Assembly: GCA_017629095.1 (NCBI GenBank)
Contig: JAGBXW010000006.1
Span: forward strand, 34,995 to 98,994
Reading direction: 5' to 3'
DNA: 64,000 nt
Source of the DNA: Treponema sp.
Lineage (GTDB): Bacteria > Spirochaetota > Spirochaetia > Treponematales > Treponemataceae
The translations under genes were made by a program, and so were the position numbers. Under the pieces are notes generated by a model, which saw only the letters and a program-made list of their open reading frames with translations, had not been told where the DNA came from and searched no databases. Positions 18,233 to 27,555 of the stretch are shown here, one piece after another (position 1 is the first letter of the stretch; the number at the start of each line of letters is the position of its first letter).

Positions 18233-19270
18233 ATGTCGTTTTTTGATAAGTTTTCCACAGATATTGGAATAGATTTGGGTACTTGTAATACTTTGATTTA
18301 TGTACGTGGAAAAGGAATTGTTGTAAATGAGCCCTCTGTTGTGGCTGTTGAGCGAGGAACAAATCGTGTTGTAGCTGTTGGTGCTGAGGCTAAGCGTATG
18401 CTTTGGAAAACTCCAGAAACCATTACTGCTATTCGTCCTTTGAAAGATGGTGTTATTGCTGATATGGCCAGTACGGAGAAAATGATCCGTTATTTTATCT
18501 CCAAAATTGTGCCACGCCATCAGGTATTTAAATCCACTCGAATGAAGATTGGTATTCCTACCTGTATTACAGAAGTTGAAAAACACGCTGTAGAAGAAGC
18601 TGCCGTTAAGGCTGGTGCTAAGGAAGTTGAATGTATCGCTGAATCTTTGGCTTCTGCAATTGGTGCTCAGATTCCTATTGATGAGCCAGAAGGTCACATG
18701 GTTTGTGATATTGGCGGTGGAACAACAGAAGTGTCTGTAATCTCCTTGGGTGGTATGGTTGTTACCAATGCTATTCGTCTTGGTGGAGATGAGTTTGACG
18801 AGTCCATCGTAAAGCATGTTCGTAGTGTCCATAACTTGATTATTGGACAGCAGACTGCAGAACGGCTTAAAATCGAAATTGGAAACGCTGCTGCTGATAA
18901 AAGCATTGAGAAGATGGAGATTAAGGGAACCGATGCCATTACAGGTCTTCCTCGTCGTCTTGAAATTGACTCTGTAGAAGTTCGTGAGGCATTGAAAGAT
19001 CCAGTAACCCAGATTGTTGAGGTTATTAAGCGGACTTTAGGTCAGACTCCACCAGAACTTTCTGCTGATATTATTGAAAACGGAATCGTAATGACTGGTG
19101 GTGGTTCGTTGTTAAAGGGCTTGCCAAAGCTTATTTCTAAGGAAACTGGTGTACCTGTATTGTTGGTGGATAATCCTCAGGAATGTGTTGCCATTGGTGC
19201 TGGAAAGGCCTTTGAATTGTTCAGGGATATTTCCTCTGACAGAAGTATCTACGATAACCTAAACAACTAG
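18233..19270 (+). CDS. mreB: rod-shape determining actin homologue MreB
   Basis: '[14 protein letters not shown]', '[18 protein letters not shown]' and '[14 protein letters not shown]' are actin-fold motifs. Confidence 0.97.
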   Translation: MSFFDKFSTDIGIDLGTCNTLIYVRGKGIVVNEPSVVAVERGTNRVVAVGAEAKRMLWKTPETITAIRPLKDGVIADMASTEKMIRYFISKIVPRHQVFKSTRMKIGIPTCITEVEKHAVEEAAVKAGAKEVECIAESLASAIGAQIPIDEPEGHMVCDIGGGTTEVSVISLGGMVVTNAIRLGGDEFDESIVKHVRSVHNLIIGQQTAERLKIEIGNAAADKSIEKMEIKGTDAITGLPRRLEIDSVEVREALKDPVTQIVEVIKRTLGQTPPELSADIIENGIVMTGGGSLLKGLPKLISKETGVPVLLVDNPQECVAIGAGKAFELFRDISSDRSIYDNLNN

Positions 19271-19278
19271 GTGCTTTC

Positions 19279-20157
19279 ATGGCATTGCGGAAACCTCAAT
19301 TTCTTCTCAAACCTTCTCTTTTTGTATTGGTTTTGCTTGTGTTGATTTCAGGCACCATGTTGGCCTTGTCTTCTGGTGGCTTTATCGTCAATTTCAAAAC
19401 AGCAGGATTTTCTGCCCTGTCTGCCTTGCAAAAGGGAACTCGTGCCGTCTATTCTAGCATTACTGGTGTTGTCTCCGCAGTACAAGAAATTGGTGTATTG
19501 CGAGAGGAATACCAGCGTCTTACTCAACGGTTGGAAAACTATGAGTATATGCAGCAAAATAATGCAGAGATACGGCGTGAAAATGAGCGATTGAAGGAAC
19601 AACTTGCCTTTACTACTCAGTTTGAATATAAAAGTCATCCTGCCCAGATTATTGGGCGGGATCCAAATAATCAATATTCTTTTATCACCATTAACAAAGG
19701 TAGCCGTCAGGGGATCAAAAAGAATATGCCTGTAATTGCAGTTCAAAATGGTACCATTGGTTTGGTGGGAAAGGTCTTGCAAGTAGGGTATACCACTAGC
19801 ATGGTGATGCCCATATATGACTATGATAGTAATGTTTCTGCCCGTATCCAAAATACTCGAGATGTAGGTCTGGTCAGTGGGTTAGGATGGGAAGATAGTT
19901 CTCTTTTTATGAAATATATCAAGAAACGAGTGTTGCCAGATCTTCAATACGGAGATTTGGTGGTAACATCTGGAGAAAATGAGAATTATTTGAAGGATAT
20001 TCCCATCGGATATATTTCCACAATTACCGTACAAGATTATGATTCATCTTTGAACATTGAATTGACTCCTGTCCTTGATTTTGGTCGATTGGAGACTGTT
20101 ATCGTTGTGGATATGAAAGAGATAAATCCAGATGCTGAAAAGGAGGATAACAAATGA
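19279..20157 (+). CDS. mreC: rod-shape determining protein MreC
   Basis: It follows mreB. It has an N-terminal TM helix, a coiled-coil segment ('ENERLKEQL') and beta-rich domains with 'GLVGKV' and 'VVTSG'. Confidence 0.85.
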   Translation: MALRKPQFLLKPSLFVLVLLVLISGTMLALSSGGFIVNFKTAGFSALSALQKGTRAVYSSITGVVSAVQEIGVLREEYQRLTQRLENYEYMQQNNAEIRRENERLKEQLAFTTQFEYKSHPAQIIGRDPNNQYSFITINKGSRQGIKKNMPVIAVQNGTIGLVGKVLQVGYTTSMVMPIYDYDSNVSARIQNTRDVGLVSGLGWEDSSLFMKYIKKRVLPDLQYGDLVVTSGENENYLKDIPIGYISTITVQDYDSSLNIELTPVLDFGRLETVIVVDMKEINPDAEKEDNK

Positions 20158-20666
20158 TTCGCAAGGCACTTGTGATTTTTGCAATTTTGCTGATATGTAC
20201 CCTGTTAGAAACAGCTTTGTTGTCTAACGTTGTTTTTCTTCCTGTAGTACCAGATTTGCTTTTGCTGGTGGTTATGTATATTTCAGTATACAACGGTTCG
20301 CTATCAGGTGAGACAACAGGCTTTGTATCTGGGCTGTTGCTCGATTTTCTCACTGCAGCTCCCTTGGGACTCAATTGTCTTCTACGTACTCTTTTGGGAT
20401 TCTTTGCAGGTCTTTTTAACAATGTGTTGAATATTTCTGGAATTTTTATTCCTGCCTTGTTGGCTTTGATTGCCACCATTGTAAAAGCTGTAATGATTGA
20501 ATTTATTTCATTCTTTTTCCCCAATGGTGTTATTACCTACGATATGTTTTCTGCTGCCTTTGGTATAGAACTCTTGTTAAATGTGATTCTTGCTCCCATG
20601 GTATTCGCCTTTCTGTCTCTCTTTTCTTCTGTACTTGTTGATAACAAGGAGATCGTTCACGGATGA
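20154..20666 (+). CDS. mreD: rod-shape determining protein MreD
   Basis: A polytopic 170-aa membrane protein that overlaps the mreC stop and the PBP2 start. This is the canonical mreBCD position. Confidence 0.8.
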   Translation: MIRKALVIFAILLICTLLETALLSNVVFLPVVPDLLLLVVMYISVYNGSLSGETTGFVSGLLLDFLTAAPLGLNCLLRTLLGFFAGLFNNVLNISGIFIPALLALIATIVKAVMIEFISFFFPNGVITYDMFSAAFGIELLLNVILAPMVFAFLSLFSSVLVDNKEIVHG

Positions 20667-22543
20667 GAGTCAATGATTTAAAGACAAAATCAGGTGTTTC
20701 TTTAAAAAGAGATTTTAAGCTGGTGGTGTTGGCTCTCATTATCTTGTGTTCCTTTGCCATTTACACGTTAAAGTTATTTTCAATGCAGGTGTTAGAAGGT
20801 GCCCAATATCGGCAGCAATCTGAAGATATTTCTAGTCGTGTAAAGACTATTCCCGCTCAGCGTGGTGAAATTTACGATAGAAATGCTACTGTTCCCATGG
20901 TTGTTAATACGGATTCCTTTGCGGTGGACTTGATTCCAGGGGAAATTCCCAAGGGAAAATATGATACTGTGGCTGCAAAATTAGCAGAAATTCTTCAAAT
21001 AGACAAAAAGCAAATCGATATACGAATTCCCAGTAACCAGCGTGGGTCTTTTTCTGCCATAGAGGTAAAGTCTAACGTGCCATTTTCCATGGTTTCTGAC
21101 ATTGCTGAAAATAAAAATGACTTGCCAGGAGTTTCTTGGCGTTCAAAACCCCTACGAAGCTATGTGCAGACTGGTTCCATGTCCCATATTCTAGGATATG
21201 TAGGTGACATTACCAGAGAAGAATTGAAGGTGATGTATAACCAGGGATACACAAATACCAGTATTATTGGTAAAACTGGTGTTGAAAAACAATATGACTC
21301 ACTGCTTCAGGGGGTTCCAGGTCAAGAGTCTACCACGGTAGATGTTCGTGGACGGCTTTTGTCTGATGCTTTGACTGTAATCAATCCTGAGATGGGAAAA
21401 AATCTTGTTCTCACCATAGACACTGATATTCAGACTTTGACAGAAAAGGCTCTGGGAGAACGGGTAGGGGCTGCAGTAGTATTAAAGCCAAGCACTGGAG
21501 AGATTCTTGCCATGGTTTCCTATCCATTTTTCGATTCTAACTTGTTTAGTTCTGAAAATGCTTCCCAAGAATATGCACGAATGGTGAATGCTTCAAACAA
21601 TCCCTTGTTGAATCGTGCCATAAATGCAGCCTATCCGCCAGCTTCTACCTTTAAGGTGATTATGTCGGCAGCTATGTTGGCAGAGCAATCTATGCCTGCA
21701 GAAAAGAAGGTAGAGTGTACTGGTTCCATCCGCTATGGTGACAGAACCTTCCGTTGTCATATTGGTGTTCCTGGCCATGGATATATGGATTTGAAAAATG
21801 CCTTAGCCCAGTCCTGTAACGTGTATTATTGGACACTTGGTAAGGACTTTATCGGTATTGATATGATTGCCTCCTATGCTCAGGAGTTTGGTCTTGGACG
21901 TTCCCTAGAGATTGACCTTCCCAGCCATTCTTCTGGATTTATTCCCACAGCCCAGTGGAAGGAAAGACGTTACCACGAAAAGTGGCTTGGTGGAGATACC
22001 TTGAGTGCTGCCATCGGTCAGGGCTATACCACGGTAACTCCCTTACACATGGCAAATGCCATTGCTATGGTGGTGAACGAGGGTGTTATTTATAAGCCCC
22101 ATATTTTGAAAGAAATTCGCGATCCTGCCAGTGGTGAGGTGATTTCAACGGTGGAGCCCACTGTTTTGCATGAATCTTCCATTGACAAGTCAGTGTGGCG
22201 TACTGTGAAGGAAGCCATGCGTCATACGGTAACTGACGGAACAGTTCTGTTCCCCTTGAAAAATAAGACGGTAAAGATTGCAGGAAAGTCTGGTACTGCT
22301 GAAGTTGCACAATATAAAAATCAGTGGCACTCTTGGTTTGTTGCCTATGCTCCCTATGACGGTCCACCAGAAGATGCAATTGTAACGGTGGTTCTGGTAG
22401 AAGCCTTGAACCAGTGGGAATGGTGGGCTCCTTATGCTACAAATATCATTATGCAAGGAATTTTTGCTAACCAAGATTATGAGCAATCTATTGATGCCCT
22501 GGGATTCCGTTATTTGACACGACCTGTAGGAAGACAGGAGTAG
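20663..22543 (+). CDS. mrdA: penicillin-binding protein 2 (elongasome transpeptidase)
   Basis: 'AQRGEIYDRN', then the active-site motifs STFK ('PASTFKV'), SCN ('AQSCNVYY') and KSGT ('AGKSGTAE'). Confidence 0.93.
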   Translation: MRVNDLKTKSGVSLKRDFKLVVLALIILCSFAIYTLKLFSMQVLEGAQYRQQSEDISSRVKTIPAQRGEIYDRNATVPMVVNTDSFAVDLIPGEIPKGKYDTVAAKLAEILQIDKKQIDIRIPSNQRGSFSAIEVKSNVPFSMVSDIAENKNDLPGVSWRSKPLRSYVQTGSMSHILGYVGDITREELKVMYNQGYTNTSIIGKTGVEKQYDSLLQGVPGQESTTVDVRGRLLSDALTVINPEMGKNLVLTIDTDIQTLTEKALGERVGAAVVLKPSTGEILAMVSYPFFDSNLFSSENASQEYARMVNASNNPLLNRAINAAYPPASTFKVIMSAAMLAEQSMPAEKKVECTGSIRYGDRTFRCHIGVPGHGYMDLKNALAQSCNVYYWTLGKDFIGIDMIASYAQEFGLGRSLEIDLPSHSSGFIPTAQWKERRYHEKWLGGDTLSAAIGQGYTTVTPLHMANAIAMVVNEGVIYKPHILKEIRDPASGEVISTVEPTVLHESSIDKSVWRTVKEAMRHTVTDGTVLFPLKNKTVKIAGKSGTAEVAQYKNQWHSWFVAYAPYDGPPEDAIVTVVLVEALNQWEWWAPYATNIIMQGIFANQDYEQSIDALGFRYLTRPVGRQE

Positions 22544-22552
22544 GACAGGGGA

Positions 22553-23872
22553 ATGAAATTACGTATTTTTGAGTTATTTGACCTTATTCTCTTGATGACT
22601 ATGGTATTGCTGATAACAATCGGTGTGGTCTTCATCTATTCATCAAGTGTAAACTCCGCGGGAATCTCTGTGTCCCGGGAATATATCCGTCAGATTGTGT
22701 TTGGTTCTACAGGCCTTGTACTTATGGCTGCTGCTGCCATCTTTGATTACCGTAAACTAGTAAAGCAGGCTCCAAAACTTTTTATTGGTATGGTGCTGGT
22801 GCTCTTGTACACAGGCCTGTTCGGTAAGGTTGTTAACGGAGCTAGAAGCTGGTTGGGACTTGGTAATCTAGGTGTACAGCCTTCTGAGTTTGCAAAGATT
22901 GTCTATATCTTCTTTTTAGCATGGTATTTTGAGCGTACAGACAAACTTTCCGATAGAAGAAGATTTATCACTTCACTGTGTATTATGGGTGTACCTTTGG
23001 TGTTGATTCTCCTGCAGCCAGACCTAGGAACAGCCAGTGTGTATATTCCCATCTTCTTGATAATGTGCTTTATGGCAGGAATTCCTTCTCGTTACCTGTT
23101 TATGGTGATTTTAACGGGAATGTTAACTGTTGTGTGTACCGTGCTTCCTGTGTGGGAATCAGAGATTTTGCAGCGAAGTATCCCTATTTTAAAGGTGCTG
23201 ACAAACCAGCGGCTTCGTTTTGTTATCATTGCGGCGGCAGGAACCATCACCTTGATTGGTATTATCGGGTACATGCTCTTTAAGAATAAATACTATTACT
23301 GGATTGCCTATTGCTTTGGAATCACCACGGTAGCCTTGATTATGTCTATTGCTGCTGGTAAGGTGCTGAAGCCTTATCAGATTCAGCGTCTTATCATCTT
23401 TATTGACCCAGAAAGCGATCCTTTGGGAGCTGGGTGGAACATTATCCAGTCAAAAATTGCCATTGGTTCTGGTAATATGCTAGGGCAGGGGTTCTTACAA
23501 GGTATTCAGAGTCACCTGCGATTTTTGCCCCAGCAGAGCACCGACTTTATCTTTAGCATTCTCTCTGAGGAATGGGGATTTGTTGGTGGTTGTGTAGTAT
23601 TTGTGCTGTATTTGGTTATTTTGTTCCGCATCATTTCTATCATTAAGGGAACAAAGCATCTGTTTGGTTATTATGTTGCTTCTGGAATCCTTGCCATGTT
23701 CTTCTTTCACTTTATCGTTAATGTAGGGATGGTTATGGGAATCATGCCTATTACTGGAATTCCCTTGGTGTTCCTTTCCTACGGTGGATCTTCCCTGTGG
23801 ACTGGCATGATTTGTATTGGAATCTTGATGAGCATTAACTTTCATCAGCAAAGTGAGTTCATTTATAGCTAA
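22553..23872 (+). CDS. rodA: SEDS-family peptidoglycan glycosyltransferase RodA
   Basis: A polytopic FtsW/RodA/SpoVE pattern ('LQPDLGTA', 'TDFIFSILSEEWGFVGG', 'PITGIPLVFLSYGGSS') immediately after mrdA. Confidence 0.92.
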   Translation: MKLRIFELFDLILLMTMVLLITIGVVFIYSSSVNSAGISVSREYIRQIVFGSTGLVLMAAAAIFDYRKLVKQAPKLFIGMVLVLLYTGLFGKVVNGARSWLGLGNLGVQPSEFAKIVYIFFLAWYFERTDKLSDRRRFITSLCIMGVPLVLILLQPDLGTASVYIPIFLIMCFMAGIPSRYLFMVILTGMLTVVCTVLPVWESEILQRSIPILKVLTNQRLRFVIIAAAGTITLIGIIGYMLFKNKYYYWIAYCFGITTVALIMSIAAGKVLKPYQIQRLIIFIDPESDPLGAGWNIIQSKIAIGSGNMLGQGFLQGIQSHLRFLPQQSTDFIFSILSEEWGFVGGCVVFVLYLVILFRIISIIKGTKHLFGYYVASGILAMFFFHFIVNVGMVMGIMPITGIPLVFLSYGGSSLWTGMICIGILMSINFHQQSEFIYS

Positions 23873-23891
23873 GTAAAAGTTTTTCAAAAAA

Positions 23892-23920
23892 TTTACAGAA
23901 TTTTGTTTTCATGGTATAAT
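23892..23920 (+). promoter_or_regulatory. extended -10 sigma-70 promoter of the 23938 lipoprotein gene
   Basis: TTTACA (23892-97), a 17-nt spacer ending in TGG, then TATAAT (23915-20). Confidence 0.55.
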
Positions 23921-23937
23921 TTTAATGAGGTTGTACC

Positions 23938-24666
23938 ATGAAAAAGAAAATCTTTTGTGCTTTTATTTTATTTTCACTTTTATTTACTAGTTGTTTATCC
24001 TTAGAAGGTTTGGTTAACAACACATTAGAAGATTTGGTTAATAACACATTGGAAACTCTACCAAAAGTAGAATTATCGGTTTGGGGTTTTAGCACAGAAA
24101 GCGTTGTTCTAACTTGGACTACAGAATATAGTAATGCTAGATTCAATATCTATGTAAAAGATAAAGATGGAAAGATTACTTGCGTAGAAAATAATTACGG
24201 ATACTCAAATTATTTTGTTTCAAGCGATGATAAATCCTCTTATGCAATTGGTGTTCTTACAAATGATAATGAAATTTACAAAACTCCATTTAGATATCCA
24301 AATTTAGTGGAAAACCAAGGATTTCCTGCCTATATAGAAATTTCTGATGATTCATCCCTTGGAGTTGAATGCTTATACCCAAGCAACGTTGATTTGTTTT
24401 CTTTAAAAGGGACTAAAGAAAACGGTAAAACTTATCATACAAAAAAATACCCTGCACCTGAATTAAATAGTTATATGCTACCAACTCGATATGATGAAGG
24501 TAGTCATAACAATTCTTTCAATTTAGTTTTTACCATTGGTGAAACTGAATACCTTTCTGCACCATATTATTTTGACTATGATCATCATTTACAAGCAAAA
24601 AAATTATTAGATGAAGCTGAAAATGATGATGCTAATAAAAGCATAACTTTGTATCCAAGTTTGTAA
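23938..24666 (+). CDS. hypothetical lipoprotein (possible FN3-like module)
   Basis: A signal peptide with lipobox-like 'LLFTSC'. 'VVLTWTTEYSNARFNIYVKDKDG' looks FN3-like. The segment is visibly AT-rich compared with flanking rodA and ppdK (judged by eye, not computed). Confidence 0.6.
   Translation: MKKKIFCAFILFSLLFTSCLSLEGLVNNTLEDLVNNTLETLPKVELSVWGFSTESVVLTWTTEYSNARFNIYVKDKDGKITCVENNYGYSNYFVSSDDKSSYAIGVLTNDNEIYKTPFRYPNLVENQGFPAYIEISDDSSLGVECLYPSNVDLFSLKGTKENGKTYHTKKYPAPELNSYMLPTRYDEGSHNNSFNLVFTIGETEYLSAPYYFDYDHHLQAKKLLDEAENDDANKSITLYPSL
24010..24057 (+). repeat. 2 x 24-nt tandem duplication inside the lipoprotein gene
   Basis: TTGGTTAACAACACATTAGAAGAT / TTGGTTAATAACACATTGGAAACT encode LVNNTLED/LVNNTLET just after the lipobox Cys. 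Confidence 0.9.
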
Positions 24667-24745
24667 AGATATCTGGAAAAAATAAAGTGTTTTGTTTAAA
24701 TTTATCTATTGGTAGACAGAATACACATTATAGGAAGTTATGTAT

Positions 24746-24792
24746 GTAAAAAATTATGGAGGGAAGAAACCTTCGGCAGGAATCTTCCCTCC
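24746..24792 (-). terminator. intrinsic terminator of ppdK
   Basis: On the minus strand there is a stem GGAGGGAAGA/TCTTCCCTCC (24783-92 / 24758-67), followed by ATAATTTTTT. Confidence 0.8.
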
Positions 24793-24805
24793 TATGTTAG
24801 ATTAA

Positions 24806-27466
24806 TTATTTGTTGTTAATAACAGCCTGAGCTGCAGCCAATCGAGCAGCTGGTACTCGGTATGGAGAACATGATACGTAGTTCAAGCCAGCTCTGTAGC
24901 AGAAGTCGATGGTGTCGGGATCTCCACCATGCTCACCACAAATACCCAGCTTGATGTCGCTCTTAACGGAACGAGAACGTTCACGGGCAATATTTACCAA
25001 TTCTCCAACGCCACTTTCGTCCAGTGTCTTGAAGGGGTCTGTTTCAAAGACTTCCTGATCAAGATATGATGGCAAGAACTTAACGGCATCGTCACGGCTA
25101 AAGGCAAAGGTCATCTGGGTAAGGTCGTTGGTACCAAAACTGAAGAAGTCAGCATACTCAGCAAGCTTTGCTGCCTGAAGTGCGGCACGAGGAACTTCAA
25201 TCATGGAACCAATCAAGATGTCCTTTGCAGCAGCAGGATTATCCTCGAAAACCTTTGCAATAACAGCCTCTGCACGGCTACGGAGAATAGATAATTCCTT
25301 TGCATCACAAACAATAGGAATCATGATTTCAGGCTTAACAGCAATATTTCTGGCGAGACAATCAGCAGCGGCACGAGCAATAGCTTCTACCTGCATGTCA
25401 TAAATCTCTGGATACGTGATTCCCAAACGGCAACCACGGTGACCAAGCATGGGGTTCATTTCGTGGAGCTTGTCCAACTTTACAGTGAGCTGGTCAGCGT
25501 TTAGCTTCATGAAATCTGCCAATTCGTCCTTTTCAGCACGGGTGTGAGGAATAAACTCGTGCAAGGGTGGATCCAGCAAGCGGATTGTTACAGGACGACC
25601 ATTCATTGCTTCCAGAATTCCGGTAAAGTCCTTCTGCTGTAATGGCAGGATATTTGCCAAGGCACGCTTTCTTTGTTCAACAGTGTCGGAAACAATCATG
25701 GCACGGAAGTGAATGAGCTTTTCTCGATCAAAGAACATGTGCTCTGTGCGGCACAAACCGATTCCCTTGGCACCAAAGGTAAAGGCCTGGGCTGCATCCT
25801 GGGGCTGGTCTGCATTGGCTCGAACGTTAAAGCCCTTGATGGAACCACGCTGAGAAGCCTCACAAACCTCGTCACACCATCCCAAGAAGGTGTTTAATTC
25901 AGCAGAAATAGCAGCTTCCTTCAATGGTAGCTCACCTTCGTATACGCATCCAGTGGTTCCGTCGATGGTGATGAAATCGCCTTCAGTAAAGGTCTTTTCA
26001 CCGATGGTTACATTCTTGCCGTTTACTACAACCTCCTGGGCTCCACAAACACAGGGAGTTCCCATACCACGGGCAACAACGGCGGCGTGGCTTGTCATAC
26101 CACCTGTAGATGTGAGGATACCTTCTGAGCAGGCCATTCCAGAAATATCTTCTGGGCTTGTTTCCTTACGAACAAGAACAACCTTCTTCCCTTCCCGCAC
26201 CCAGGCTTCTGCGTCATCGGCAGTGTATACAATGTGACCACAGGCAGCTCCGGGAGAAGCATTCAAGCCCTTGGTAAGCTGCTTTGCAGTTTTGAGGGCA
26301 TCGGCATCAATCATGGGGTGCAAAAGCTGGTCGATGTGGGCAGCAGAAACACGCATCACAGCTTCTTCGCGGGTAATAAGGCCCTCGCCTACCATGTCTA
26401 CGGCACATTTTACTGCGGACTGACCAGTTCGCTTTCCGCTACGAGTTTGCAGAATGTACAACTTGCCCTGCTGCACGGTAAACTCCATGTCCTGCATGTC
26501 ACGATAGTGCTTTTCAAGGCGCTCACGAATGGCAATGAGCTGTCCATACACTTCAGCGTTTTCTTCTTCCAGCTTGCTGATTTTTTCGGGAGTACGGATA
26601 CCGGCAACAACGTCTTCTCCCTGGGCGTTCATCAGGTATTCACCGTAGAACTTGTTTTCTCCAGTGGAAGGATTGCGGCTAAAGCAAACACCAGTTCCAG
26701 AATCCATTCCAAAGTTACCGAATACCATGGACTGGATGTTTACTGCTGTTCCTGCCAAGCCCTTGATGTTGTTCATGGCTCGGTATTTAATGGCACGATC
26801 GTTCATCCAAGAGCCGAAAACTGCGTCAATGGAGCCCCAAAGCTGCTCAACGGGATCCTGGGGGAATTCCTTGCCGATGGCGTTCTTGTAAATAACCTTG
26901 TAGGTGGCAACAAGCTCTTCTAGGTCGGCGGCAGTAAGGTCGGTGTCCAAGGTAACACCACGCTTTGCCTTCAATTCGGAAATGGCATCTTCAAAGTGGT
27001 CTGCAGGAACACCCATGGCAACGTCACCGTACATCTGGATAAAGCGGCGGTAGGCGTCCCAAGCAAAACGTGGGTTTCCAGTGCGTGCAGCAAGTCCCTT
27101 GGCGGCCTTGTCGTTCATTCCCAGGTTCAAGATGGTGTCCATCATTCCGGGCATAGAAATGGCAGCTCCAGAGCGAACGGATACCAGCAATGGGTCATCT
27201 GCATCACCGAGTTTTTTGCCCATTAAATCTTCCAAAGCCTTCAGGTTTGCAGCAACTTCTTCTTTTAATCCTGCAGGATATGCTCTGTTGTTTTCGTAGA
27301 AAAGTTTACAGACCTCTGTGGAAATGGTGAATCCAGGGGGAACAGGAATTCCAAGACTTGTCATCTCTGCTAAGTTAGCTCCCTTTCCACCTAATTCCAT
27401 TTTCATGGAGGCATCACCATCAGCCTTACCGGCTCCAAAAAAATACACAAATTTCTGATTTGACAT
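24806..27466 (-). CDS. ppdK: pyruvate, phosphate dikinase
   Basis: 886 aa. 'GGKGANLAEM', the phosphohistidine region 'GGMTSHAAVVARGMG' and the C-terminal 'GICGEHGGDP' PEP-utilising domain are present. Confidence 0.97.
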   Translation of the reverse strand: MSNQKFVYFFGAGKADGDASMKMELGGKGANLAEMTSLGIPVPPGFTISTEVCKLFYENNRAYPAGLKEEVAANLKALEDLMGKKLGDADDPLLVSVRSGAAISMPGMMDTILNLGMNDKAAKGLAARTGNPRFAWDAYRRFIQMYGDVAMGVPADHFEDAISELKAKRGVTLDTDLTAADLEELVATYKVIYKNAIGKEFPQDPVEQLWGSIDAVFGSWMNDRAIKYRAMNNIKGLAGTAVNIQSMVFGNFGMDSGTGVCFSRNPSTGENKFYGEYLMNAQGEDVVAGIRTPEKISKLEEENAEVYGQLIAIRERLEKHYRDMQDMEFTVQQGKLYILQTRSGKRTGQSAVKCAVDMVGEGLITREEAVMRVSAAHIDQLLHPMIDADALKTAKQLTKGLNASPGAACGHIVYTADDAEAWVREGKKVVLVRKETSPEDISGMACSEGILTSTGGMTSHAAVVARGMGTPCVCGAQEVVVNGKNVTIGEKTFTEGDFITIDGTTGCVYEGELPLKEAAISAELNTFLGWCDEVCEASQRGSIKGFNVRANADQPQDAAQAFTFGAKGIGLCRTEHMFFDREKLIHFRAMIVSDTVEQRKRALANILPLQQKDFTGILEAMNGRPVTIRLLDPPLHEFIPHTRAEKDELADFMKLNADQLTVKLDKLHEMNPMLGHRGCRLGITYPEIYDMQVEAIARAAADCLARNIAVKPEIMIPIVCDAKELSILRSRAEAVIAKVFEDNPAAAKDILIGSMIEVPRAALQAAKLAEYADFFSFGTNDLTQMTFAFSRDDAVKFLPSYLDQEVFETDPFKTLDESGVGELVNIARERSRSVKSDIKLGICGEHGGDPDTIDFCYRAGLNYVSCSPYRVPAARLAAAQAVINNK

Positions 27467-27555
27467 TCAAATCACTCCTTGTTACTTGTCATACTAATGC
27501 CCCACATTCTACCTTGAAGAATTCTAACTGTCAATGTTATAATGAGAAGATTACT

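Noticed and set aside
18197-18832. A 211-aa ORF antisense to mreB, and similarly a 229-aa ORF (26234-26923) antisense to ppdK.
   Set aside because: Both lie in the codon-aligned antisense frame of highly conserved genes. This is the same codon-usage artefact as above.
27460-27555. An upstream extension of the CapA-like ORF overlapping the ppdK start codon.
   Set aside because: The extension has no signal-peptide logic, overlaps the divergent gene's start, and precedes a proper Met-plus-signal-plus-lipobox at 27556.
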